A DNA stretch of 64,000 nucleotides. Source: Mesorhizobium sp. GTDB lineage: Bacteria; Pseudomonadota; Alphaproteobacteria; Rhizobiales; Rhizobiaceae. The translations under genes were made by a program, and so were the position numbers. This document shows, piece by piece, positions 1-9,182 of the stretch. Location of the stretch: assembly GCA_019635735.1 (NCBI GenBank), contig JAHBYX010000004.1, forward strand, positions 156,020 to 220,019, read 5' to 3'. The stretch's first letter is position 1; each line of letters opens with the position of its first letter. The notes under the pieces are model-generated. The model made no database searches. It saw nothing but the letters and a program-made list of their open reading frames with translations, and had not been told where the DNA came from.

Positions 1-1145
1 TTTGCCTCGATCAGCAGCCGCGTCTGCGCCGTGTGGACCGTGTCGCCCTTCTCGCCGACGGACAGGAACGCCGTCTTCTGCTCAGGCTCGCCGATTGCAA
101 GATGGACACCGACGCTCGTGAGGCCCGGAACGTTCACGCCCAATGAGACGGCGATCTGATGTTCGCCATTGGCGAGGGCCGCCGACGCAGTCAGCATTTG
201 CATGGCGTCGAACATGGCCGTTATCCCGCTGGGCTTCGTGCCAACGCGGAGCGCGCGCAATGTTCCGACCTCGACAAGTTGCCCAACCGGAACGGTCAGT
301 TTCGCCGATGGATTCCCTTTCAGGATCTTCTTCAGGGCAGCAGAGGCGGTCAGGTTGGCGGGGTCGGTCAAGTCCGCCATGACCTCGACGATCTGGCCGA
401 CCGCGACGGACGAGTTCAGGACGTCGTCGTAGGTCGCAGCCGTGAGGCCGATTTCCGTCGCGAGACCGTCAAGGAACGCGAGCGCATCGATCCGCGCGTC
501 GACCAGTGAGCGGTAGTCCATAACGCTGAGAGAGATATTGGTGCCCAGAAGGCCGTTGAGGAGTGCATTCAGGAGGCCACCGTCAAGGCTGGCCAGACGC
601 GATCCTATCGAAAACGCCGCCTGCGACGACGCGTTGGCCGAGCCGGTGGTCGAAATCAACGGCTTGTCCATGAAGCTGCCCGCGAAATAGAGCGTGCCGC
701 TCTTACGGGTGGTCACCTTGACCGCGTTCGCCGGCGTGCCGTTCGGTATGAATCGCTTGTCCGGAGCAACCTCCGCATCGGCGACATAGCGCCCCACCTG
801 GAGGTCATAGGCGGCGCGGTGACTGTCCCCGACGAGCCAGGCGGACAGATCACCGGCGCTTGCCCGCCGTTCCGCGCCCGCGATGCCGTTGTCCATCAGC
901 GTTTGCAGAACGAGGGCATCCGCCGAGCCGGGGGCGGGGGCGGCCTGGATCGCGGCGATGTCCGTGATGCTCTGGAGACGGCGCTTTTCGAGATGAAGCG
1001 CGGCTTCGTCCACAGCGAACGCTGCGATGACAATAGCCGTCGAGAAGAACGCCGCGCCCATGATGGCGATGTTGCCGGAAGTGCCGGACGCGAACCTGGG
1101 GCGAGCGCGGCCGAGGCGGACGGAGAAAGCTGCCAGATCCTTCAT
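1..1145 (-). CDS. TadG-like Flp/Tad pilus assembly protein (first ~381 codons; 3' end lies beyond the window start)
   Basis: Hand translation of the minus strand from ATG 1145-1143 gives MKDLAAFSVRLGRARPRFASGTSGNIAIMGAAFFSTAIVIAAFAVDEAALHLEKRR... I checked every in-frame triplet down to position 3 and found no stop. The N-terminus is hydrophobic and TadE/G-like. The gene starts 2 nt after the tadE-like stop. It is missing from the ORF track because it has no stop inside the window. Confidence 0.6.
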   Translation of the reverse strand, partial: MKDLAAFSVRLGRARPRFASGTSGNIAIMGAAFFSTAIVIAAFAVDEAALHLEKRRLQSITDIAAIQAAPAPGSADALVLQTLMDNGIAGAERRASAGDLSAWLVGDSHRAAYDLQVGRYVADAEVAPDKRFIPNGTPANAVKVTTRKSGTLYFAGSFMDKPLISTTGSANASSQAAFSIGSRLASLDGGLLNALLNGLLGTNISLSVMDYRSLVDARIDALAFLDGLATEIGLTAATYDDVLNSSVAVGQIVEVMADLTDPANLTASAALKKILKGNPSAKLTVPVGQLVEVGTLRALRVGTKPSGITAMFDAMQMLTASAALANGEHQIAVSLGVNVPGLTSVGVHLAIGEPEQKTAFLSVGEKGDTVHTAQTRLLIEA

Positions 1146-1147
1146 GT

Positions 1148-1582
1148 TCAAATTCCTCCGATGCGAATCGTGGATGTTCGGCTGATCGTCTGACCCGGAA
1201 GAGGCAATGGCGGGTAGAGATTCCAGACCGGCAGGAGCCGCGCGTCGTAGGAGACCGTCACGTTGGATTGCGAAGGATCGGTGGCGTTCGCCGAAACGTT
1301 GGCGGTGACCGCGTCCGTCCGGAGGAAGAGATAGTCCTCGGAATTCTTCTTCACGTAGTCCTGGACGAGGTTCCTGCGCTCGGTCTCATTCATTCCCGCC
1401 AAGGCGACGCGCGCCGCGTCCGCGGATAATTGCTGCACGGAGTGGGCGGCGCCGAAGTAGATGCCGTAGGCAGCCATGCCCAGCATGAACGCGACAAATA
1501 CGGGCGCGATCATTGCGAACTCAACTGCCGTCGCGCCGTCTGCGGATCTCGCAAATTTATGACTGACACTACGACGTTTCAT
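1148..1582 (-). CDS. TadE-like pilus assembly protein
   Basis: ORF 1148..1627. SADGATAVEFAMIAPVFVAFMLGMAAYG matches the TadE-like N-terminal domain. I moved the start to MKRRSV (ATG 1582) because GGAGGGG lies 7 nt upstream. Confidence 0.7.
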   Translation of the reverse strand: MKRRSVSHKFARSADGATAVEFAMIAPVFVAFMLGMAAYGIYFGAAHSVQQLSADAARVALAGMNETERRNLVQDYVKKNSEDYLFLRTDAVTANVSANATDPSQSNVTVSYDARLLPVWNLYPPLPLPGQTISRTSTIRIGGI

Positions 1583-1852
1583 GCGGACCCCTCCAAACCG
1601 CCTAGTGAAAGGGTAGAATTCCCGCATTAATCGATGGTTTATTTCGGGGGTAAATTTAACAAGAGATATCCTGTTCTCGCTTTAGTTCAGTATTGGATTA
1701 TTGGTGTGCGAAGTATATTTTGGCCATTTTCCCTATGTATACAGTTGGATTGGCCTGACGGGCGATTTGTGTGCATTCAAATCTATTCTATTTTGGAAAA
1801 AGCACGTGTGCAAATTATGTGAATCCACGGTTCGGCCTTTAGAATTATTGGC

Positions 1853-2152
1853 GTGCAAATCAAACCGGTGGATCTGGAAGCGCTTTCTGCGGAACCTATC
1901 TCCTTGCATACGCTACGTCAGATGCCTCGGCGTCGCCGGGGTGCCGGATTGGAAATCGATTGTCGCATCGACCGGCTTCCCGGCGACGTCATCGGTCGCC
2001 AGGTTCGTCCTCGCAAATTGCCCGGATATGAAGACGGAATGGAACCGCTCCCTGCAAATGGCGCGCTCGACACGATTGAGGTCATGTCGCGCAGGGCCTA
2101 CGGTCGGGTTGAAAACCGACGCGCGGAGCTGAAATGTCGAGTGAACCTCTGA
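1853..2152 (+). CDS. hypothetical small protein (doubtful)
   Basis: 99-codon ORF with a GTG start. Third-position G+C is only about 60% by hand count, lower than its neighbours. No family recognised. Overlaps the next gene by 19 nt. Confidence 0.25.
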   Translation: MQIKPVDLEALSAEPISLHTLRQMPRRRRGAGLEIDCRIDRLPGDVIGRQVRPRKLPGYEDGMEPLPANGALDTIEVMSRRAYGRVENRRAELKCRVNL

Positions 2153-2778
2153 ACCATCCGGCCGAGATTCCGCGCGAACTGGACCGATGGAACTGGGGTG
2201 CCTTCCTCCTCAACTGGATCTGGGGCATCGGCAACAGCACGCTGATCGCGCTACTTGCGCTGATTCCAGGTATCAACCTCATCGTCATGATCGTACTCGG
2301 CATGCGCGGCAGTCGCTGGGCCTGGCGCAATCGCTACTGGCGGGACGCGGAGCACTTCCGCATGACGCAGCGCAGATGGGCGATTGCCGGGCTGGTCATC
2401 TGGATTGTCGTGATCGGCGGTGTCGCCGGACTGTTCGCCAGCATCGTCCCGATGATGAAACGCAGCGAAGCCTACCAGATGAGCATGGAACTCATCCAGG
2501 CTGACGAGAGGGTCGAGCAGGCGCTCGGTGACGACGTCACGGCCGGCTTCTGGGTGTGGGGCAACATATCCGTGTCCGCGGGCGGCACGGGACGGGCGGA
2601 ACTGTCCATTCCGCTCTCGGGTTCGAAAGGCACGGGCAGCGCCTATGCGCAAGCCGTCCGGGCGGGCGGCACCTGGGAACTTCTGCTGCTGGTCGTGCGG
2701 GCAGAGGGCAGCAATGTGCCGATCGTGCTGCGGAACAAGAACAACCTACAGATTCCGAATGCGCCGATCGACCTTTGA
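2134..2778 (+). CDS. membrane protein, cytochrome c oxidase assembly factor Coa1 family-like
   Basis: N-terminal WNWGAFLLNWIWGIGN plus hydrophobic helices. The C-terminal part, MKRSEAYQMSMELIQADERVEQALGDDVTAGFWVWGNISVSAGGTGRAELSIPLSGSKGTGSAY, resembles bacterial Coa1-family proteins. Confidence 0.6.
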   Translation: MSSEPLNHPAEIPRELDRWNWGAFLLNWIWGIGNSTLIALLALIPGINLIVMIVLGMRGSRWAWRNRYWRDAEHFRMTQRRWAIAGLVIWIVVIGGVAGLFASIVPMMKRSEAYQMSMELIQADERVEQALGDDVTAGFWVWGNISVSAGGTGRAELSIPLSGSKGTGSAYAQAVRAGGTWELLLLVVRAEGSNVPIVLRNKNNLQIPNAPIDL

Positions 2779-3081
2779 CCGCGGGCCGATCGGCAATCGG
2801 GAAGGCGCAAAAGCCGCGCCTCCGGTCTTCCGGAAGGACGCGGCCGATGCCCAGATACGCAGGAAACGCTGCACTCGAAAACTCAGGGTTCCGGGACGCG
2901 AGACCTGATCCGGAACCGGGCGGGTCGTTGATCTCCGCCTCGACATCCGTTCTAGAGGCATATCGTTACCGGGCGGTTATCGAGTGCTTAGCAAAGGATG
3001 AATCGCCGATCTTTCTCGTCTGATCGGGGAAAATCATCGTTAATTTCCGTATACTTACATTAAGGCGGTCGAAAGGTTCGC

Positions 3082-3960
3082 TCATTCGCCGCGCAGGAAG
3101 CGGATGATGCCCGAGAAATCGGCGTCGCCGCCGCCCTGCGCCGCGAAGAGCGCATAGAGCTGCGCCGCTTCCGCTCCGAGCGGCGTGACCGCGCCCGACG
3201 AGGAGGCTGCCTCCTGCGCGAGCTTCAGGTCCTTCAGCATCAAGGCCGCAGCAAAACCGGGCTTGTAGTCGCGGTTCGCGGGGGATGTCGGGACGGGGCC
3301 GGGGACCGGGCAGTACGTAGTGAGAGACCAGCACTGGCCGGACGAGGTGGACGCCACGTCGAACAGCGCCTGATGCGACAGGCCGAGCTTTTCTGCGAGC
3401 ACGAAGGCCTCGCCGACGCCGATCATCGAGATGCCGAGGATCATGTTGTTGCAGATCTTGGCGGCCTGGCCGGCGCCGGCGTCGCCGCAATGGACGATCT
3501 TGCCAGCCATCGGCTTAAGGACCGGCTCGGCCGTGGCGAACGCCTCCTTCGAGCCGCCGGCCATGAAAGTCAGCGTGCCGGCGGTGGCGCCGCCGGTTCC
3601 GCCGGACACCGGGGCGTCGACCGAGAGCAGGCCGTGCCTCGCCGCAATCGCATGGGCCTTGCGCGCCGAATCGACATCGATGGTGGAGGAATCGATGAAG
3701 AGCGCACCCGGCTTCGCCTTTGTCGCGATGTCCTCGTAGACGGACAGGACGTGCTTGCCGGCCGGCAGCATGGTGATAACGATGTCGGCGTCCTTCACCG
3801 CCGCTGGAGCGTTGGCCATGACCGTGACGCCGTTCTTCCTCGCGGCGTCGAGATTGGCCGGAACGAGGTCGAAGCCGAACACGGCGTGGCCGGCCTTGAC
3901 GAGGTTGGCGGCCATGGGGTTGCCCATGTTGCCGAGGCCGATGAAGGCGATGGTGGTCAT
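3082..3960 (-). CDS. mmsB: 3-hydroxyisobutyrate dehydrogenase
   Basis: MTTIAFIGLGNMGNPMAANL Rossmann N-terminus, and full-length resemblance to MmsB/HIBADH (DAPVSGG, GAGQAAKICNNM). Lies downstream of an acyl-CoA dehydrogenase. Confidence 0.9.
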   Translation of the reverse strand: MTTIAFIGLGNMGNPMAANLVKAGHAVFGFDLVPANLDAARKNGVTVMANAPAAVKDADIVITMLPAGKHVLSVYEDIATKAKPGALFIDSSTIDVDSARKAHAIAARHGLLSVDAPVSGGTGGATAGTLTFMAGGSKEAFATAEPVLKPMAGKIVHCGDAGAGQAAKICNNMILGISMIGVGEAFVLAEKLGLSHQALFDVASTSSGQCWSLTTYCPVPGPVPTSPANRDYKPGFAAALMLKDLKLAQEAASSSGAVTPLGAEAAQLYALFAAQGGGDADFSGIIRFLRGE

Positions 3961-3983
3961 TGGTTTCCTCCGGAATAAGGGAA

Positions 3984-4083
3984 GTAGGGGAATAGGGCAG
4001 TATGGCAGTAAGGCAAAACCTCGATGGGCAGGGGTTTGCGTGGGGTGTCAGTAATCTATTCCCCTACTGCCCTATTCCCCTAC
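3984..4083. repeat. intergenic palindromic element: perfect 19-bp inverted repeat gtaggggaatagggcagta (3984-4002) / tactgccctattcccctac (4065-4083)
   Basis: Read directly from the sequence. The right arm overlaps the TAG stop (4080-4082) of the acyl-CoA dehydrogenase. ctattcccctac occurs twice in tandem in the right arm. Confidence 0.8.
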
Positions 4084-5255
4084 CGCCCGATTAAATTCCT
4101 CGCGATGATGACGCGCATGATCTCGTTGGTTCCTTCGAGGATCTGGTGGACGCGGAGATCGCGCACCAGCTTCTCGATGCCGTAGTCATGCAGGTAGCCA
4201 TAGCCGCCCAGAACCTGGAGGGCGTCATTGGCGACCTTGAAGCCGGCATCGGTGACGAAGCGCTTGGCCATGGCGGACCATTTGCCGGCGTCATGCGCCT
4301 TGGCATCGAGCTTGGCGGCCGCGGCGTAGAGGAAGATGCGCGACGCCTGAAGCTCCGTCTCCATGTCGGCGAGCCTGAACTGCATCGACTGGAAACGGTC
4401 GATCGCCTGGCCGAACGCCTGGCGCTCGGATGCATATTGCAGCGCCTTGTCGAGCGCCGACTGGGCGCCACCGAGCGAGCAGGCGGCGATGTTGAGCCTG
4501 CCGCCGTCGAGGCCGGCCATGGCGATGCGGAAACCCATGCCTTCGGCCGCCAGACGGTTTTCGGCAGGCACCTTGCAGTCCTCGAAGATCACCTGCCGGG
4601 TCGGCTGCATGTGCCAGCCCATCTTCGATTCCAGCGCGCCGAACTTCAGGCCCGGAGCGTCCTTCGGGATGACGAAGGTGGACACGCCCTTCGGACCATC
4701 CTCGCCAGTGCGGGCCATGACGACATAGACGTCGTTGTCGCCCGCGCCCGAAATGAACTGCTTGGTGCCGTTGAGCGTGTAGTCGGCGCCGTTGCCCGGA
4801 CCGCGCACGGCTCGGGTCTTGAGCGCGGCCGCATCGGACCCCGCCGACGGCTCGGTCAGCGCATAGCTTGCCAGCCATTCCATCGAGGTGATCTTCGGCA
4901 GTAAGCGCTGGCGCTGGTCGTCGTCGCCGAACGTGTCGATCATCCAGGCGGCCATGTTGTGGATCGATATGAAGGCGGAGAAGGCCGGACAGGCCCGTGC
5001 CAACGCCTCGAATACGAGCACCGCATCCATTCGGCCGAGGCCCGAACCGCCGACATCGTCGCGGATGTAGATCCCGCCTAGGCCGAGCGCACCTGTTTCG
5101 CGCACGACGTCGGACGGGAAATACCGCTTCTTGTCCCATTCGAGCGCGTTCGGTGCCACACGATCCGCGGCAAAGGCCGCAGCCATCTCCTGGATCGCGC
5201 GCTGATCGGCATTCAGCTCGAACTGACCCGAGGCCTGGTCGACCGTCGCGTCCAT
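4080..5255 (-). CDS. acyl-CoA dehydrogenase, isobutyryl-CoA dehydrogenase-like
   Basis: 391-aa ORF with ACAD motifs (YALTEPSAGSDAAALKT, QILEGTNEIMRVIIAR). Its context with mmsB suggests valine catabolism. Confidence 0.85.
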   Translation of the reverse strand: MDATVDQASGQFELNADQRAIQEMAAAFAADRVAPNALEWDKKRYFPSDVVRETGALGLGGIYIRDDVGGSGLGRMDAVLVFEALARACPAFSAFISIHNMAAWMIDTFGDDDQRQRLLPKITSMEWLASYALTEPSAGSDAAALKTRAVRGPGNGADYTLNGTKQFISGAGDNDVYVVMARTGEDGPKGVSTFVIPKDAPGLKFGALESKMGWHMQPTRQVIFEDCKVPAENRLAAEGMGFRIAMAGLDGGRLNIAACSLGGAQSALDKALQYASERQAFGQAIDRFQSMQFRLADMETELQASRIFLYAAAAKLDAKAHDAGKWSAMAKRFVTDAGFKVANDALQVLGGYGYLHDYGIEKLVRDLRVHQILEGTNEIMRVIIARNLIGR

Positions 5256-5382
5256 GCTCGCCTCCCTGGCATCTTGTCTTGTTGGCCGGACAGTCTAGAC
5301 CAATGGAAAGGTCGCGCAACCGGCTCGCCTATGCCTTACCGCAGCAACCGGTGTGCACGATTTAGCGCGCGGAGGGGAGCGA

Positions 5383-5985
5383 ATGGGAAAAATCGCACAG
5401 GAACTGCTCGCGGAAGTTCGAGCATATGTCGGCGGACTAGGACCGACCGTCGCGGAATTCATCTCGCCCTGGGCGGAGGACCTCGCCGAACGACATATCG
5501 AAAGCACCTCGCTTGCCTGCCTGCGCCACCTCGACGCCTGTGCGGCCAACGCCGAAGGCACCGCAGGCGAGGAAATTGCGCGGCTCCTGGCCGAGCGCGG
5601 GCAACGTCTCCGCTGGGGGCAGACCTATACCGTGGACGATTTCGGCCAGGGGTTCATCGACAATTACGGCTGGCTCGAACTTGTCGGAACGCGGGGACAT
5701 TTCGCTAACGAGAACGTTGCCTGCGGCTTCCTGGTGCTGGGGCCGAACCTACACTATCCCGACCATCATCATGAGGCCGAGGAAATCTACATCCCGCTCA
5801 CCGGCGGCGCGCTATGGCGAAAGGGCGATGGCGATTTCGAGCTCCGCGCAGCTGGCGAGGTGATCCATCATCCGTCCAATACCAATCATGCGATGAAGAC
5901 CGGAGAGGAGCCGCTTCTGGCGCTTTTTCTGTGGCGGGGCGGGCCGCTCGCAGCGCGCTCCACCGTGACGGGCAAGGCCGACTGA
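5383..5985 (+). CDS. cupin protein, dimethylsulfoniopropionate lyase (DddL)-family-like
   Basis: Cupin motifs GPNLHYPDHHHEAEEIYIPLTGG and GEVIHHPSNTNHAM. I chose the start at ATG 5383 because GGAGGGGAGCGA lies upstream. The stop TGA 5983-5985 shares one base with the cobQ ATG. Confidence 0.55.
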   Translation: MGKIAQELLAEVRAYVGGLGPTVAEFISPWAEDLAERHIESTSLACLRHLDACAANAEGTAGEEIARLLAERGQRLRWGQTYTVDDFGQGFIDNYGWLELVGTRGHFANENVACGFLVLGPNLHYPDHHHEAEEIYIPLTGGALWRKGDGDFELRAAGEVIHHPSNTNHAMKTGEEPLLALFLWRGGPLAARSTVTGKAD

Positions 5986-7451
5986 TGGCCAAAGCCATCA
6001 TGCTGCAGGGCACGGGTTCGGACGTCGGCAAGACGGTGCTCGTGGCGGGGCTGTGCAGGGCCGCCCGACGGCGCGGCATCAAAGTGCTGCCGTTCAAGCC
6101 GCAGAACATGTCCAACAATGCCGCCGTCGCTTCCCGTCCGGACGGCGGGACGGGCGAGATCGGCCGGGCGCAATGGTTGCAGGCGCTCGCCTGCGGGGTC
6201 GCGCCGACGGTCGACATGAACCCCGTCCTGCTCAAGCCGCAGTCGGATGTCGGCGCGCAGGTGATCGTGCATGGCCGCGTCGCGGGCGAGGCCGGCGCGC
6301 GCGACTATCAGGATCTGAAGGGCCGGCTGATGGGCGCGGTGATGCAGAGCTGGGAAAGACTTTGCAGGGACGCCGACCTGATCGTCGTCGAAGGCGCGGG
6401 ATCGCCGGCCGAGATCAATCTGCGCGACCGCGACATCGCCAATATGGGGTTCGCAACGCGGGCCGACGTTCCGGTCGTCCTGGTCGGCGACATCGACCGG
6501 GGAGGGGTGATCGCCGCGATCGCCGGCACGCATCTGATCCTGCCCGAGGAGGACCGGCGGATGATTGCCGGCTTCCTGATCAACAAGTTTCGCGGTGACC
6601 TTTCGCTCTTCGACGACGGGCTGGAGGCGATCACGCGCTTTACCCGCTGGCGATCCTTCGGGGTCGTGCCGTGGCTGCGCGAGGCCGCGCTGCTGCCGTC
6701 GGAGGACGCGGTCGTGCTCGACCGCCTCGCGGGCGCCAACGGCAAGGCCTTGAAAATTGCCGTGCCGATGCTGCCGCGCATCGCCAATTTCGACGACCTC
6801 GACCCGCTGAGGGCGGAACCCGGTGTGGAGATCGTGTTTGTCCCGCCAGGAAGCCCTTTGCCGGAAGATGCCGCCCTCCTCGTGATCCCTGGCTCGAAAG
6901 CGACGATCGCTGATCTCGCGAGCTTCCGGCAGTTGGGATGGGAACGGGATCTGGCAGCGCATGTCGCGCGCGGCGGCCATGTGCTGGGCCTGTGCGGCGG
7001 CTACCAGATGCTCGGCCTGACCGTGCGCGACCCACACGGCGCGGAAGGCGAGCGGAGTGAGGCCGAAGGTCTCGGCCGTCTCAGGGTAAGCACCGTCATG
7101 GAGCCGGAGAAGACGGTTCGCGACGTGGCAGGAACTTCGCCGGCGTTCGGGGCGGAGGTCAGCGGCTACGAGATCCATCTCGGACGGACCTTCGGGCCGG
7201 ACTGCGCAAGGCCGCTGACGCTCTTGGAAGGGCATCCGGACGGTGCGATGTCCGCCGACGGCACGGTCATGGGGACCTATCTTCACGGGCTGTTCGGCAA
7301 CGCTGCGTTCCGCCGCGCCTTCCTTGCCAGGCTCGGCGTGAAGGGTGGAGACTTCGACCATCGCCAGAAGGTCGAGGATGCGCTGGATGCCATCGCAGCG
7401 CATCTGGAACGGTGTGTCGACGTCGATGCCATCCTCGATGCCGCGCGGTAG
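5985..7451 (+). CDS. cobQ: cobyric acid synthase
   Basis: MAKAIMLQGTGSDVGKTVLVAGLCRAARRRGIKVLPFKPQNMSNNAAV plus a C-terminal glutamine amidotransferase domain (GLCGGYQMLG). The upstream 57 codons of track ORF 5814..7451 overlap the cupin gene and were discarded. Confidence 0.9.
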   Translation: MAKAIMLQGTGSDVGKTVLVAGLCRAARRRGIKVLPFKPQNMSNNAAVASRPDGGTGEIGRAQWLQALACGVAPTVDMNPVLLKPQSDVGAQVIVHGRVAGEAGARDYQDLKGRLMGAVMQSWERLCRDADLIVVEGAGSPAEINLRDRDIANMGFATRADVPVVLVGDIDRGGVIAAIAGTHLILPEEDRRMIAGFLINKFRGDLSLFDDGLEAITRFTRWRSFGVVPWLREAALLPSEDAVVLDRLAGANGKALKIAVPMLPRIANFDDLDPLRAEPGVEIVFVPPGSPLPEDAALLVIPGSKATIADLASFRQLGWERDLAAHVARGGHVLGLCGGYQMLGLTVRDPHGAEGERSEAEGLGRLRVSTVMEPEKTVRDVAGTSPAFGAEVSGYEIHLGRTFGPDCARPLTLLEGHPDGAMSADGTVMGTYLHGLFGNAAFRRAFLARLGVKGGDFDHRQKVEDALDAIAAHLERCVDVDAILDAAR

Positions 7452-7469
7452 ACCGCTCCCGGTCTCGCG

Positions 7470-7883
7470 TCAGCCGTTCTCCGCGAACCATCTCACGATC
7501 CCCGGCATGTGGCGCTCGAAGCCGCCGGGAATGAAGACGTTGAGAACGGCCGCCGGTTCTGCGGTGCGGTTGCGGAAATCGTGCACCACGCCCGCCGGAA
7601 TGCGGATGAAACCGCCCGGCGTAAGGTCGTGCCAGACGTCGTCCGCCAGAACGGACATCCTCCCGGCGATACCGTAGAAGATCTCGTCGTTCGCCTCGTG
7701 CATGTGGGCGCCCGGACCATTGCCGCCGGGCTTCACCCACCATTCCGAGACGCAGTAGCGGTCACCTGTCTCTGAGCCGTCGGTCTTGAAGACGGCTTTC
7801 ATGTCCGGCATGTCGTAGCTGCGGCCTTCGCCGGGGGCGAGAAGGATTGTCGATCTCTCTGCCAACGGATCAGCCTTGTGCAC
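7470..7883 (-). CDS. cupin domain protein
   Basis: GAHMHEANDEIFYGIAG ... IPAGVVHDFRN are cupin motifs. The start is uncertain (GTG 7883 or TTG 7865). The N-terminal part of the track ORF overlaps the VOC gene. Confidence 0.6.
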   Translation of the reverse strand: MHKADPLAERSTILLAPGEGRSYDMPDMKAVFKTDGSETGDRYCVSEWWVKPGGNGPGAHMHEANDEIFYGIAGRMSVLADDVWHDLTPGGFIRIPAGVVHDFRNRTAEPAAVLNVFIPGGFERHMPGIVRWFAENG

Positions 7884-8283
7884 CGACCTTCGGCCGGTAG
7901 GTTCCGAACGACCAGACATTGCCCTCGGGGTCGGCGCAGATGAACTCGCGGCTACCGTAGTCGCGGTCCCTTGGTTCCTCGAGGATCGTAGCGCCCGCGG
8001 CTTTGGCCTTCGCGCAGGCCGCATCGCAATCGTCTACGGCGACATAGACCGACTTGCCGCCATTGTCGCCCGGCGCGCCGACCATGCGGCCGTAGTCGTC
8101 GTCGCGGACGCTGCCGAGCATGATCATGGACGAGCCGAAGGACAGCTGCGCATGGCCGACCTTATCGCCGTCCATGAACTTGGCGTCGACCTTGAATCCG
8201 AAGGCCTCGCACAACCAGTCGATCATGCGGGGCGCGTCGCGGTAGCGGAAAGTGGGGTAGAGTCTGGGCGCTTCGGTGCTCAT
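7870..8283 (-). CDS. VOC (glyoxalase/bleomycin resistance) family protein
   Basis: MSTEAPRLYPTFRYRDAPRMIDWLCEAFGF ... REFICADPEGNVWSFGTY is typical of the VOC/PhnB-like family. Start set at ATG 8283. Confidence 0.75.
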   Translation of the reverse strand: MSTEAPRLYPTFRYRDAPRMIDWLCEAFGFKVDAKFMDGDKVGHAQLSFGSSMIMLGSVRDDDYGRMVGAPGDNGGKSVYVAVDDCDAACAKAKAAGATILEEPRDRDYGSREFICADPEGNVWSFGTYRPKVGAQG

Positions 8284-8354
8284 CGGGTGTCTCCCTCGTG
8301 TTCGCCTGGGAGTCCTATGCGTATCGGGTCCGGGCGTCTTGAAGATTTGTAACC

Positions 8355-9182
8355 TCAGGCCGCGTTCTTCCACGCGGTGGGCGTCGACCCGGACAGTTCG
8401 AGGAATTCCCGCGCGAGATGGGCCTGGTCGGCATAGCCGCAGGCAGCCGCGACATCGGCCCAGCTTTCGCCTTCCCGGGCGAGCGCCTGGGCATGCCCAA
8501 AGCGAACGATGCGCGCGACGGCTTTCGGCGGCAGTCCGACAGTGACCCGGAAGCGGTCGGCAAGGTGCTTGCGGCTGATGTCCAGATGATCGGCGAGGCG
8601 TCCGACCCGCAGACGGCCCTTGCGGTCGACGAGGATTTCGTAGGCGGCCTCCATCCCGCCGTCGCTCAGCGTCGAACGATTGATCCGGTCGGCCACGAAC
8701 GCTTCGACGAGATCCAGTCGCGCCGCCGGGTCCTGCAGGTCGGCGAGGCGAGTGCGTAGCTCTGTCATGTCACGGTCGGCGAGATCGTCGAGCGTGACCA
8801 TCCGCCCCGCAAGTTCGCTCATCGGGATGCCGAAGAAGCGCCATGCCCCGAGCGGGGTGAAGTTGACCTGGACGCACTCCGCCAATCCCGATGAGCGGAT
8901 GAAAACCGGCCCGGTATAGAGGCCCGAGGTGAAGCTGCAAAAAGTCTCGGACGTGTCCGGATCGCGGCCAAGACCGATTGTGAACGGCTTGCCGAAGCTG
9001 ATGACGAGAGGAACGACCAGCGACGCCGTCTCGACCTGCCTGAACACGCCCGGCATCGTTTCGCGATAGTGGAGCAGATCCCGGACCGATTTCCCGAGCC
9101 CAATCCTCGCTCCCCGGCGCAAAAATTCAAATCCGCCAGGCGAAGGCGGTCGAGACGCGTCCGGGGCGGGAGGCCTGTGCAT
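8355..9182 (-). CDS. AraC family transcriptional regulator
   Basis: C-terminal HTH_AraC region: ISRKHLADRFRVTVGLPPKAVARIVRFGHA ... CGYADQAHLAREFLELSGSTP. Start not verified. Confidence 0.8.
   Translation of the reverse strand: MHRPPAPDASRPPSPGGFEFLRRGARIGLGKSVRDLLHYRETMPGVFRQVETASLVVPLVISFGKPFTIGLGRDPDTSETFCSFTSGLYTGPVFIRSSGLAECVQVNFTPLGAWRFFGIPMSELAGRMVTLDDLADRDMTELRTRLADLQDPAARLDLVEAFVADRINRSTLSDGGMEAAYEILVDRKGRLRVGRLADHLDISRKHLADRFRVTVGLPPKAVARIVRFGHAQALAREGESWADVAAACGYADQAHLAREFLELSGSTPTAWKNAA

Noticed and set aside
1838-1854. Irr ICE-box half match TTTAGAA-TTA-TTGGCGT
   Set aside because: Only the left half matches TTTAGAA-N3-TTCTAAA. The right half shares 2 of 7 positions.
5814-5984. 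57-codon N-terminal extension of cobQ in the track ORF
   Set aside because: It overlaps the cupin gene in another frame. The canonical CobQ N-terminus (MAKAIMLQGTGSDVGKT) starts at 5985.
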